Of a DNA stretch of 64,000 nt, positions 41,173-53,999 are shown piece by piece. The position numbers and the translations under genes are program-made. Source of the stretch: Dimorphilus gyrociliatus. Its lineage: Eukaryota; Animalia; Annelida. The stretch lies in assembly GCA_904063045.1 (NCBI GenBank), contig CAJFCJ010000003.1, forward strand, positions 310,001 through 374,000, given 5' to 3'. Numbering within the stretch: the first letter of the stretch is position 1; each line of letters starts with the position of its first letter. The notes under the pieces are model-generated. The model had not been told where the DNA came from and searched no databases. It saw only the letters and a program-made list of their open reading frames with translations.

Positions 41173-43303
41173 TTACCAGGAGGCATCCATTAGATTTTGG
41201 ATTCCATCAAAGTAAGTATCATTTTCTTCTAAATCCATTACTTTTTCCAAAGTAGAATTGATTTCATCTTTATTTTCAGAATTGGACTTTGTACCAGTAA
41301 TATTTTCGACAATTTCGCATCCTAATCCTAAACCAACTATTGTTGATTCGTGTCTTTTGTCATTTATTGCGCAACCCTCGTTAATTGTTGAAGTATCACT
41401 TTCAAAGTTATCGATTGATGCTAAACTGTTTGTTGTAATAAGAAATTCAACAATTTTTGAATAGGAATTCTCAACGCGAATCGTTTTAGTCTTCAAGTGA
41501 ACATATTCTCCGCTTCTCTTACGTATTCTAAGTACCTTAACTATAGGTGAATTGGGTTTAGAAGATGCTATATAAAAGGAAAGAATAGAAAGAGAATCAG
41601 TTAAAATCGCACTTGTGTACGCGCATGTAGAGTACTCTGTTTATACACAATCGTAGACTCGGTTTACCTTGTTCGTATATTTCTGTTAGATTCGGTACAT
41701 CATCTTGGTGGCAAAGTTCGTAGTAAGAGGAACCTATTAACTCTTGTGGAAGGTAGCCGAGTACTTCAAATACACTAGATATCCCGAATAAAAGAAAGAC
41801 AAAAGCTTTTCTTTGGAAATCGTCTTCAATTATTTCTTACCTTAGATCTGCGAAAGTGAACTTCCCATTTGTAGACTGTTTAACGTAGAATTGCGGCGAC
41901 TGGTAAAGGAAGCCTAATGAGTTTTTAGTCTCTTCAGACTCCTTTTTTCTAACTACCATCAGCAGACAACTTTTATTAGAGCTTTCATCGTCTTCATTAT
42001 TAGAATTGCTTATACCAAATATTCTGAGATAACCTGAAGCGAGTTTACTTTCTTAACTCCTTCGTTTACTTTATTAACGAAATATTTTCAAGATAAAATC
42101 ATAAAAAATTAGCGTAAACCTGTACAATGAACAATTTGGTAAGTGCCCTCATTAGATAAGCAGGCAATCTCTCGATTTATTTTGAATCTGCAAAAGAAGC
42201 TTCTCCTATCGCCTGGCCATAAGTTCCAATTTTCACAGGATAAATTATTCACAGATTCCTCAGCTTAGTAAATAACAAACGCCTTTGTATTTAAGAAATA
42301 AGACGTTAATATTTGTTTAACTAACGATTAAATGGTTTTGGAAAATTTCCACGATGTAGGACTTGTTCCTTAACTAAATTTAAATCATTCGGATGTAGAA
42401 ATTCAAATAAATTTTGACCTTCAAGTTCTGTCTAAGAATTTTAATACAAAAATTATTTTAGTATTTCAGGCCTAAATGCAAATGATATAAAAAGTTTTGA
42501 TTGTTAATAGCTACATTAGAATAATTCAAGATAGTTTCAACTGATTTCGATACAAAGAAAATTTCTCCTCTCTTACATCCAATCACCATTGAAAATCCAT
42601 CAATCATCTAAGAATTGAGGTTAATTAGAATAATCAATTAGTTATATATGCAAATGAATATTACGTTATAGGAGAAATGTCTTAAATCGTTTGAAGAGAA
42701 AAATGTTTGAACTTCTTCTCTTTTAGAAGTCTCGCAACCTAAATAGAGTTTATGTTTAAGATTAGAAGAGTCATTTTTAATGCGTTAATCCTATCTATTA
42801 TATTTGTAATTCAGCTATAAATACCATTACTATTGTAATTATTATTAATAAACCTTTAATTGACTTTAGATGTTGGGCTGTGAGTTTCAGTATGGTCAAT
42901 TTGTCTAATTTCTTATTTTGACTGCTAAGGACTGTACACATAGGTACAATAGAGGACAATTCTTTGAGATACGAGTTCATCTTATTCCTCCTTCTCCTTT
43001 CAACTGCTCGGTGATTTCTACTGATGTTCTCCTCTGTTCTAAAAACATTAAAATTTTCAATTTTAACAACGTCTTCATTATTTCCATTTGTTCTTAAGAT
43101 TTCTTTACATTTTCTTCCTTTTTAGTAATTTTCAAAGAAACGACGCTTCACATAAGATTACACTTTTTATCTATCAATTTCTTATATTAATATTTAAATA
43201 AAGAGATGATATATTCATTGTAGAGTAATTTAATTACTCTTCCGAGTCTTTATACTCTATTTAATATATAAAATACTTACTGGGAATCGAGAAACGAAAA
43301 CAT
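41173..43303 (-). CDS. Class II bHLH-PAS transcription factor, BMAL/CYCLE(ARNTL)-like, 439 aa; exons 43281-43303, 42854-43038, 42665-42738, 42515-42607, 42326-42431, 42120-42263, 41841-42033, 41668-41774, 41173-41567
   Basis: bHLH NHRAVERRRRNKMNSYLKELSSIVPMC...KLDKLTILKL. PAS-A DGFSMVIGCKRGEIFFVSKSV, LFEFLHPNDL, GDRRSFFCRF, IVHCTGYL. PAS-B GKFTFADL, LGYLPQELIGSSYYELCHQDD. The exons total 1320 nt (440 codons) with phases consistent. The first exon is less certain. Confidence 0.88.
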
Positions 43304-43672
43304 ATTTAATTCTATGATCTTTTTCTGCAGATCTAACTTTCTCTGTCTCTCTTCTTTTATCCCTCCTCCGCCTCCTTCCCTATCTCTCTCTCTCTTTCTC
43401 TTTCAATCTATCTCCTTATCTATATCTCTATTTTTTGACTTTCCTACAGCACGAGAATTTTAAACTAAATCATTAATTTTCATCATAGTCCGGCTTACAT
43501 GACGTCGATGATAATCCTATTACTATCGTGGAAATAGGCCGATATTGTAAAACTATCAACTATACTCTAAGAATTAATAATATCTATATTTTAAAAATCA
43601 ATAGAGAACATAGTATGCTAAGTATAAAGAAGATAAACTAAACCTAAACACTGTTCTACTTAAAAAGAGAGC

Positions 43673-43706
<34 letters not shown>

Positions 43707-45077
43707 AAAAAGACACTTTCTTTGTTGTTAGTTTGAAAAATTGATTCTTGATTTGTTAATGACGAATTACTATAAATATACTATTAAGTATGGTAATCTT
43801 TAAAAACCTAACCGTTAATTATATCAATACAAAGTATCCAGAAAGAGGATTTCCTTCTAAAAATAAATATTATTATATTAAAGCTTTAAGGTTTTTGCTT
43901 TTTCTTTCTTTTTATCATTTAAAGAATAATCACTCAGCTTTAGTTTATTCTTTTTATAGGCTTAATGTTTAAACAAAAGAAGTGTTTGTAACGAAAAGAT
44001 AGGAATTTAAATTCTAAGTAAGAAGGTCAGACTTGAAGAAAGGGAGAGATGTAGAAAATAGAAGGAAAAAAAAAAAGAGTACTTCCAGTCGACGCAAATT
44101 AGAATATATAGGAGAATAGATTTAGTCATTTAAAGTAAGGCGTCGATAGACGTCTCTTTTACAGTTATAGGTTTTCTTGTAAAGTTATGTATTTGGTTAG
44201 AATTTCGTATTTTGCTTTAAAAAGAAAAAGAAATAGAAAAAAAGACTGTTTTAGCATGAAATGAAGATATTAAAAAAGAAAAAAAAACATGTTAGATATG
44301 TAAAAATTATATTATATTTACATTAATAATAAAAAATTAAACGATAACGAAGAAGATGACAATGACGATGATTATAATGATGATGATAAGAATGAAAACA
44401 ATTATGAAAACATTTAAGAGAACGTTGTATAAACTACTGACATCTATACTATAAATTCATAATTAAAGCTAAAAACACACTGCAGTTTATAATCAATATT
44501 CACAACACGTGCAGCTGTTTAGAAACTTTTTATCTGGCTCTAGCTTCGTTTTACCATTTCCACTAATAATTCCGTGTACTTTTTTTTAGTTTTCACGGGA
44601 ATTTTATTGTCAAAACACGAGAATTTTGGCGCAATAAATATATTAAATTAATATTTTTCCTTTGCACAACAACGTGAGTGATTTATAACAAATTGCTTTG
44701 CGTTTTATTACACTGAAATTACCATAAATTAGCATAAAATGAGTGAAGCGAGTGAGATTCTGGATTCTTACATACATATGCACATATAGTATATATAAAA
44801 GTATACTGTATATGCAGTAAAAGCATACTGTATATGTTATACATATGTATATATTAAGAGTTATTCTATATATATATATATATAAATACATATAGTAAAC
44901 TATATATACTCGTATATATATACGTATATATACAAGTTTATAGAGGTATATTTAGAATATATGGTTAAATGAGTTAATACTTTTTTTTACGAGCTACAGC
45001 AAAGAATGAAATGAGTAACAAAAATTTTGTAATAACTATACTCGCACGACCATTTTTTGAGTATCCTAGAGCGAGGA

Positions 45078-45088
45078 AAGATGGCGGC
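45078..45088 (+). promoter_or_regulatory. YY1-type motif AAGATGGCGGC, possibly in the promoter of the bHLH-PAS gene
   Basis: Matches the YY1 consensus and sits in a locally GC-richer patch between the RGS stop and the bHLH-PAS 5' end. A similar CGCCATCTT occurs at 52624-52632. Confidence 0.35.
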
Positions 45089-45224
45089 AGTTTTCGCTGA
45101 GGCAGCTTGTTTTGTTTGTACAGTATAATCCAGATTTCTTCCAAACAATAATATTCTGCAGGCTGACTAGATAGCTCAATGTTTTTTTGCGTTTGACCTA
45201 ATTTTATTTCTAGTCTTATTCAGT

Positions 45225-48139
45225 TTATTTCTTTATTAACTTCTTGTAGGCGTCTGATCGTATGAATCGAGGATAGGAATCCTTACTCATCAACGCTTCA
45301 ATTCGTTTTTGAGCATCTTCGAAAGTTTGCGCATTCGGATTTTGGATACTTGCTATAGTACTTTCTCTGATTGTCGATTCGAGATTAACCTGTTATTTTG
45401 GTGTTTTGTGCATATAGTTCTTTTTAAATGATTTGTACAATTAAAGAAAAAGAAAAGGCAACATATGAGAATATAAATAAAAAGGAACTAGGAAAAGGTG
45501 CAACGGTCAAAAAGGATTTTGGAAAGTATTAAAAGTAATATTGGCTTCTGGCATAACAAGATCAGTAGGTGGCAGTAAAGGCTATACTAACTACTGCCCC
45601 CTGGCCCTTTCTATTTCCACGCATAGCAAGCACTTCTGCTTCTACATTTACATATAGATTAACGAAGCATCAGTACTCCGCTTTTACACCCTTTGATTCA
45701 TTTAAATAATAAAAAAGTGCTCTCATACATTTGTACAAGGAAATAAATTTATAATATACAATATATATATATATATATATACAGCATCTATACTGTACAT
45801 GCGTTTGCTAAGGATGTATATTGTACATATAGGCGTGTATACAATATACATTTATTCTTAAGTACATGTATTTTTAATAATATGTTATAGTTGAGAATTT
45901 AATATTACCTGACGATGAGATCTTTCTCTAATAAAGTCTTCATAAATTCTTTCAGCCTTCTCCTTAAGTTCATGTTTGTCAGCTTCCCTATATTCTTCGC
46001 AGGCTATCCAAAATTCTATGTTCTCCGAGGAAAATTCGGTTGTTAAAAATCTACGAAATTGTTCTAAACCATCTGTTTATAAGAGAAAATGGAATACATT
46101 TTACAGATAATAATATTGACAAGATTGATGGGGGAAAAGTGTCAGAATGGGGATAATTTAGATTTATAACCTATTTTGATTTTTACATACAGTATAGTTT
46201 GTTTATTTAATAAATTCCCAAAAAAAAGTCTCTTACCCAGTACCCACCTCGTCTATTGAATACATTCTGTATGAATGCTTATATAGTAGATTAACGCATT
46301 ACTATCTCTCCTCTACAAGTCTAGTCTACTAGCCCTCTTTCACATTTTTCTCCTTTCGCTCTCTTTCCGTTATACGGAAAATTTAATTATAAATATAAAT
46401 AAAGAATATCAACAAACGTCAAGGTTCTTATTTCTTTAGGTCAAACAGAAATAATTACGGGAATAGGAAATATGAATTTTAGCTAATATTAACTAAATAA
46501 TGATAATGAAAAAAAAATTTAAAGGTGACACTGAAGGCCGTTAGGTAATCAAGATGCCATGACTATCGATTTTTCCGTATTTCAGGTCATATCGCTAATA
46601 CACACTTGGAAAATTTTTTTTCTTTTACTAATTTAAAAAATATCAATAAAATTGTATGAAAAGACAAAATGAGCACTTATGAACAGTAGGCTTACTCTTT
46701 TCTCTAGTACTCCAAACATTTTCAAAAAGTAAACTATGCGCTTTCCTCTCATTTTCCATTAATTGAAAGAACGATAAAAATGTTGAACGAAGAAAAAAAA
46801 GGGAGCAGAAAAGCGTTTAATTAGCAAAAATAGATAATAATAATCGATCGAATTGGTATTCTAATAGGGGTAATAAACGGGAAATGTTTTGTACAAAGTA
46901 ATCTTTTGTCTAGGATACTTTTCAGAATTATCTTTTAATAATAGAAATATACGAAGAGAGATAGAAAAAAAGTTAAATATATTTTCTATTATAATTCTAT
47001 GTTTTTTCTTAATTATTAATAGTTTTAGTAGAAATTGTTTATCGATGTTAATCTATCTCTTTTTCTCTTTATTCATTCGCAAAAAGAAATCAATTTTTTT
47101 AACTTGTTAGAAAGAAAATACTGGTTAAAGCGAGCGAGCGAGAAAGGGAGAGCGTGTAAAAGATGGAATATTTCTCTTTATACTCATTTCTATTTCTAGA
47201 TCTACCTGTCTTTTTTTTTCCACTCTCTCTCTCTTTTTGTTTTGTTTTCTCCTAAATAAGAAATATTCCAAGTGCATTTGTAAATTTACAGCACATATCC
47301 GTACATAATTAATAACTCTAATTATCGCTATCTTTTTAAATTTTGATCTTAATTGTTTACTTATATAGGTTTGCTTTTAGATTATTTCCCTGTTTACATA
47401 TTTTATCGTTTTGTATTAATGGAACATAAGGTTTTTGTTTTATTTTAACATTCTACGAATTGAAATTATGATTATAAAGAAATATCATAATAATAAGTAT
47501 GAATAATTATTCATTATTCATACTTTTTTCATACAAAATTGAAAAGGAGAGAAGTAAGTGTAAATTGATAAAAAAAATTGTTTTTAAATGATAAAAAGAA
47601 TATTCTTTTACAATGAGATAGAGAGAGATAGAGAGAGAGGAGCGGGAGACAGATGAGAGAGTATCGTTATTTACTTGAAAACAGAAAGATATAGAGAAAA
47701 AGACAAAAAAATGAGAGAGATAACTATGGAAAAGGAAAAAATGAAATTACAAAACAACTCACCTTTGTCATGCAACAAAGTATCGAAAGACTTCTTCCAA
47801 GTCAATGGATCTGATAATTGGCCTTCACCTTGCAAATCATCTTTCTCTTTCGTCTTCTTATTCTTATTAGGCATTACAAATGAGAACATATTCTTCTTTT
47901 TCTTCTTATCCTCTCCAGAAGCAACTGCTCCTTCGGAAACCTTTTGGAAGAAAGGGAAGAGATAAATAATCGGATTATCTCATCAATATTCATAAGCCTA
48001 CGCGAGTATCGGTGAGAACCGCTTCTAAATTTAGAGTCGATAAGCAAAGTCTAAGGGGTGCTGAGACGAGCAAAGGAAATCGTATGTCTTTTTTTCGACG
48101 TCTATTTTTCAGTTCGGGCGTCGACGACGACGCGTGCAT
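45225..48139 (-). CDS. Regulator of G-protein signalling (single RGS box), about 214 aa; exons 48002-48139, 47763-47940, 45909-46072, 45225-45389
   Basis: WKKSFDTLLHDKDGLEQFRRFLTTEFSSENIEFWIACEEY...AERIYEDFI...VNLES...FEDAQKRIEALMSKDSYPRFIRSDAY. The exons total 645 nt with phases consistent. The N-terminal exon is less certain. Confidence 0.92.
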
Positions 48140-48449
48140 GACTGTAAAAATCTGCCGTTGCAGAGTTTTTCTATACACATTATCGATTTTTTCTCTCAGG
48201 CGACCGACTTTCTACTAGAGGCGATATTTTTCATCGTAGAATTATTCTTAGCTCGCCAATGGAACAATTTTTACTGATTTTTTATTTAGATATCTAATAA
48301 TAATTTTTTTCTATTTAATCCAATAAGTATTTGACAATTACGTTTCCTACTTAATTCTATATAATAAATACACAAACGATAGTTAACAGTACCGTCTATT
48401 TATAGATATTTCAATATATATATATATAAGTAGCTGTTTGCCCAAATAT

Positions 48450-48481
<32 letters not shown>

Positions 48482-50063
48482 GAGTCTATTTTTAGTATCC
48501 ACCATTCAATTGATAAATCTTTATTTTTCTTGAATTTATATATATTCTACAATATCTTATCAAGTATACAACGCATTTAATATATACGGCATATACTCGA
48601 CTGTTTTCGTTAAGCCTCTAGATTTAGAAATAACTGTACATATTGCCACATAACCTATCTATTTCAGTTGAGGTAGAGGCAGTATACGTTTACGGCAATC
48701 ACCCGTAAAGCAATTACTCACGAAATGTACGTCATTAAATATTTAAAACCAAATTATTATGTAATACATTCCTTTATAAAATGAAAAGAAAGAAAATAAA
48801 TAAAAAGTTTTTCACACATTTACAAATTCTCAGTTGTAAACAAGGTTAAAATCATTTGCAGACGAAATTTAAAGATAGAGCAATAACAACGATAATAACA
48901 ACAGCCACAACAGCAATAACAATAATAATAATAATAAAAACAGTAATAATAATTATTATAATACAGCGTATATCCTCAAATTAGTATCTCTGTATGCCGC
49001 ATATACTGTATACTCTATGTATTGTTTTATATATAGTAGTACTGTCAATCTAATATAGTGTATAATTGTTTGAGTATAAGCCTTATATACATACAGTACA
49101 TATACAAATATAGACTGTGCGGTAGATATAACAGACTAAGAAACATTTAGAATTAAAGAATTCTACTTTATCTCTATCGCTTATTTAAATTTTAAGAAAC
49201 GTACAAAAGAAATTGATTGGATACTTCTTTAATTTCTGTAATTTAGTAATTAACGTTAATATTAAATATTCGATCTGGATTAACCGCAGGTTGCTGTATA
49301 AAAACAAGCCTTATGACGATTTTTTAAATCCTCTTATCAGAATATTAATTGGCAATTAGTTCGCGAATCTTTTTCTTACGTTAATAGTATAATAATAACT
49401 TAGACCGGCAATAATACATACCAAATAGCTTTTAATTAACAAAGACGAAATTATCCGTTAATTTATCCTTTTCTTATGATCTCTAATTAGGATTGTGAGA
49501 GAGGTGTAAACAGAAAGATACGCTATGGGAAGTATATGTTGTGTACGTATAAAGTCTATGTGTTAAGTATGTATCTATTGTACGCGGTATGGAGAACAGA
49601 AAGTAGGGACCGATGAGGAATAGGTATAGAGGAAAGAGAAGAAAGTTTTAGTAAGAAGAATTTATAAGAAAGAAAGAAAGAAAGAAAGAAAAAAGAATAA
49701 AACATTTTTTTTCCTTTCTTGTCGATTGAGAGAAAAAATACAACCCTAAAGACGTTTTATTCATATTTACCTTTCTTTTTATTGATAGTTTTTCTTTTGG
49801 TTTAAAGAGCAAGCGTATTAATTTTAATAAATTTTTCTTAGGAAAATAAAAAAACAAATTTCTACATTTTAATTAAAATATTTAGTCTCATTGAAATGTG
49901 CTTTATAAGGTGAATAAAGAAGGAATGGTAGAAAGAAAGAAAAAGGGTATTTACACACACATGAATATTTTATGTTAACATGAAATAAATACGCACAATA
50001 TGTGCTGTGACAACACATGTTCCCGATATTGTCCATTTGGCGATATGGCAATTGGTAAATATC

Positions 50064-52352
50064 TTAGATAGTTCTGATAGTGGAATGGGTTTTTGATAGA
50101 AAAACTTCTTTACGAATGTGAACTATGACCTCGTGAACAATGACTTTCCAAGAGAGGCGGTTGTAGATTCTGACCTTGTGCAAAGCGGAATGGGGAAATA
50201 ATTAACCGACTTTTGATTGTTATTATTACTTGGGTATATAGTGTATACAATGTATAAAATTGTATTTTATTAGATTCGTGGAAAGAATTAACCGGATGTG
50301 GTGGGTGTTTCTTAAAGCGAAAATGTACAAATGGCTCCATAGCAGTTATGTCAGAGACAGAATAAGAAGGATTACAAGAAGAGATAATGTCATTATAAGA
50401 ACACCACTCGATTTCTCCCCAAGTTGTAATGTGTATCTGAAGAAAACGTACAAGAGAGTTCCTAGAATGAAAAATATGGCGAAATGATTCCACAATAAAA
50501 TTATCAAATATTTAAAAATAGAACGAGCAGCCACAAAAATAGAAATTGAAGATTTTGTTGGAGATAAACAAAGCTAACCAATCAAAAAGAAGAAACATCA
50601 CTTTAAGAGGTGTAGCACATTAACTTAGCTTAGATTAAGCATAAATCTATAGTCTAGTAAAAGCCTATTTTAGAAACGTTTAGTAGAAAAGGCACCCTAC
50701 CAATGTATAGAGCTATTTATAGAAGATTTAGTTGTATTTAAGAAAATAAGTTTATGTGTAGACTATAAAGAGGAAGAAAGATGGAGAGAAAGTGTTGGAA
50801 AGAGTTAATAACAAGTGTCTGTTTTTTATATACATCATTAACTTTTTGTATTGTTGTGATTAATTTATTCCAATAGTTTTAATTACTTTTAAGAAGCAAA
50901 CACTCTTTTCCCTTTTCTAGACTTTGTTTAGAGTAGTTACATATAAACTAACGTGTTTTTGATATACAGAAGACATTTTACTTTTCCCTTAAATTTACCT
51001 CTTTTATAACCAGTATAAAATTGATTATATTCAATTAAACAACAGGAAATTATTGACTGTTATTTATGATAAAAAACAAGAAATGATTCCTTAAAGGCGG
51101 GGGAGGAATAAAGCTGTATTGTATAATTTCAGTTAAAACCATTTAATATTACTTGAATGAATACTACTCGAAGAATAAAAATGCTATAAAAGTTTAATAC
51201 GTTACGAATGTTTATACATATATTTGACAGACTGTACGGCCATTTGTTATTACATTCAATTCATTATTTATCTATTTATCACTAGTTTATTCATTGTATG
51301 TGTATAATAAATAAAAAGTATATATGTTGTATATAGTAGAAATAGCTTTATTCTCATTTTTTTCTAACAAATAAATAGCTATTAATTTAATTTGTATGTT
51401 TTATTAAAGTTTACTTAAGTTTACAATTAAAACAAGGTTACATAGAAATAAGGACAAAATACATACTGTATATATGTATATATATACAGAGAGAGAGAGA
51501 GAGAGAAAACCATGTACATATACACTCTTTTAAGCATGCATTTTTTATTACTATTTATAATTAATTAGTAACAATTTCTGACTTTTTCAATAAATAAAAG
51601 TATTAAATACATTAGATGGTTTTTAAATATGGAAAAAACCAAGAAACAACTTGCTAAACTATGCTTTTATCTATTTTTTTATTCATTTTACTAGAATACT
51701 AAGTATACATGTTTTATAGACTGAAGTAGTAGAATACACACACATAGGACTATTGGTATGTAATTTTATAGAACAATATACTGTGTATATAAATTCATAT
51801 ATATATATACAGTATATATATAAAGGTACTTTTTCTACATATCCTGAATTTAGGCAGCCCCTAATATATTCCATTTTTAGCATCGGTCTATTTAAATATT
51901 GGTTTGTGTTACTTTTTTTGAGAAGAGGTCAAAAGTAAATTTTTCATGGTCTTTTTTTATATAGCATGTGTAAAATTAGAGGCTCTCCTTCTTAATAATA
52001 ATAGAATACTTACATCTTCTGATTTCGATCTAGCACAACTACTGGAAAAAAAATGTAATATTCCTTTTCCTTCTCTTTTATCCTCTTCCTCTTTCCTCTT
52101 TTTCATTTCTTCATTACCCTAAAAATATGACGTATGAAACAAAACCGACGTAATATATACACACACGGGATCATCCATAAATAGACTAATGACGTCATCA
52201 CTCTCGGGCTTTGTGTATTTTTCAGAATATGCAAGCCTATTTCGCAATAAATTTAGCATTCCCGTTTGCAAAAAAATCGGATTTAAATTTTCTGTTTGTG
52301 AAATTCGATCGTAAATAATTTCACTTACCGTTTCTGCACCGTCTTCATTCAT
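50064..52352 (-). CDS. Uncharacterised protein of about 140-165 aa; 3' exons 52014-52041, 50293-50461, 50064-50174; 5' structure ambiguous (see findings)
   Basis: A phase-consistent exon chain gives ...RLAYSEKYTKPESDDVISLFMDDPVLVVLDRNQKMNSLVRFLQIHITTWGEIEWCSYND...MEPFVHFRFKKHPPHPVRIYNRLSWKVIVHEVIVHIRK... Donors gtaagt (52013) and gttaat (50292) and acceptors ttttccag, ttctag and cacaag are good. I did not recognise the family. Confidence 0.65.
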
Positions 52353-53651
52353 CGTAATACAAACCGGACGAGGCGCCAGCGCCACCTACACAGATTAACA
52401 TAGGCTTGCATACATTAGTACCATTTACAGTCGTTGAGGGGCGCCTTTATCATAGTCATTTTATAGAAATCAAGTGACATCACTAGAATCAATCTTATTG
52501 GTAGAAAAATGCTAGAGTTAAACGAGTAATTAAAAAAAATATGGTACAAATTATTCCTCACCACAAGGTGGCGTCTCAAATCAATAAAATAATTTTTTCC
52601 AATTACTGGACATCCTTCAGAGACGCCATCTTACGGTATCTTATTCACGTATTATATATATTTATTTTAATATACAGTATATATATGTATATATATACTA
52701 GAATATAATAAAATAACATTTATATGCTTTATAGTGTAAACTGTTTTCAGTAGTTCCTCTTTTATATAACACGCTTATGGATTATTATTCTATAACCTTG
52801 TTCTTTTCTTCTTTTTCTTCCTCTTCTTCTTCCTCCTCCCCCTATATCATATATCAACTAATTAATTAATTAATTAAGCTGTTAATTAATTACTTAATTC
52901 GTCATTTTAAAAAAATATTACAAGTTCATTAGAAAAAAAAAGTAAAAAGTAAAAAAAAAGTACTCAGGAAACAAACCTATGAGAAAAACGTACCGGAATG
53001 TTGCTTGTACGTGGCCCCACCTTTAATTAAAATGCACTGTTAATGCACATCAAACGACCAAACCATGAAAATATTATACAGGACTAAAAAAAAACCATAT
53101 GATTCTGCCAACCACGCACATACACATACACACACACACATATCTATCTATCTGTCTATATATAAATATACATAAACCTAACCTTCAACTTTAACCCATA
53201 TATAAATGATTGTAATTGTGTGTCATTAAATATCTGTATTAAAACGTTTACTGTATATCAGTAATTTTTTATAAATAGAATATAAATATGCCTCTCTTTT
53301 CTATTTCATATTTAAATAAAAGATACTTAATACTTAAGCTTTCCTTCCTTACAGCTAAAAGCAAACACGCCGCAATAAAACGAAAAGAGTTCGAAAGAAT
53401 TGAATAAGATGCTAGGTGTATCTTATATTCCCTCGTTTTCTTGTTATAATGAAATGATATATTAAATTCTTGATGTTGTAGAAATATTCATTTTTTATTA
53501 CACAGTATGTATATATGCTTATGTGTCTTTTTTTTATTACCATAATTAGACCTATAAGAGACTGAAATGTATATAGAAATGTTTTACATTGTACTATATA
53601 TTACAGAATATTTATCATATAACACCAGAGTATACCAAGTATCGTTCATAA

Positions 53652-53656
<5 letters not shown>

Positions 53657-53702
<46 letters not shown>
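53657..53702. repeat. (TA)n microsatellite
   Basis: About 23 TA units. Confidence 0.95.
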
Positions 53703-53706
<4 letters not shown>

Positions 53707-53926
53707 TATATGCAGTATATATATATGCAGATATGCTGGTAAATACAAAGTTGAAATATCAGCAACAGCATGACTAATTTGTCTTCTGGATATAAGATAA
53801 TGCGCTTAATTATTTTAATTTTGTATATTTTCACTTTTACCTTTCGATTGATTTAGAAAATCTATACAATTTTCTCTGTTATAACCTTTTTTTTGAAGTT
53901 TTATTTCATTGGAAAAGGCGCCCGAG

Positions 53927-53934
53927 TCACGTGA
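53927..53934. promoter_or_regulatory. TCACGTGA E-box upstream of the type I membrane protein gene
   Basis: Lies about 70 bp upstream of the ATG at 54000. Confidence 0.45.
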
Positions 53935-53999
53935 TCAATATATACACCTGGCACACACGCCATTATTCGCACAAGCATTTCTCTCTTCAGTGGAGAAAC

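Noticed and set aside
48012-48218. 68-aa plus-strand ORF
   Set aside because: It is antisense to RGS exon 1 and has no splice or homology support.
49750-50063. Searched for a SECIS element in the 3'UTR of the UGA-containing gene
   Set aside because: The only AUGA core (about 49892-49889) lacks correct spacing to an AA loop and a complementary helix ending in GA.
50346-50534. Hydrophobic 62-aa minus-strand ORF resembling a small membrane protein
   Set aside because: It overlaps a polypyrimidine tract and exon 50293-50461 in a different frame; the hydrophobicity comes from T-richness.
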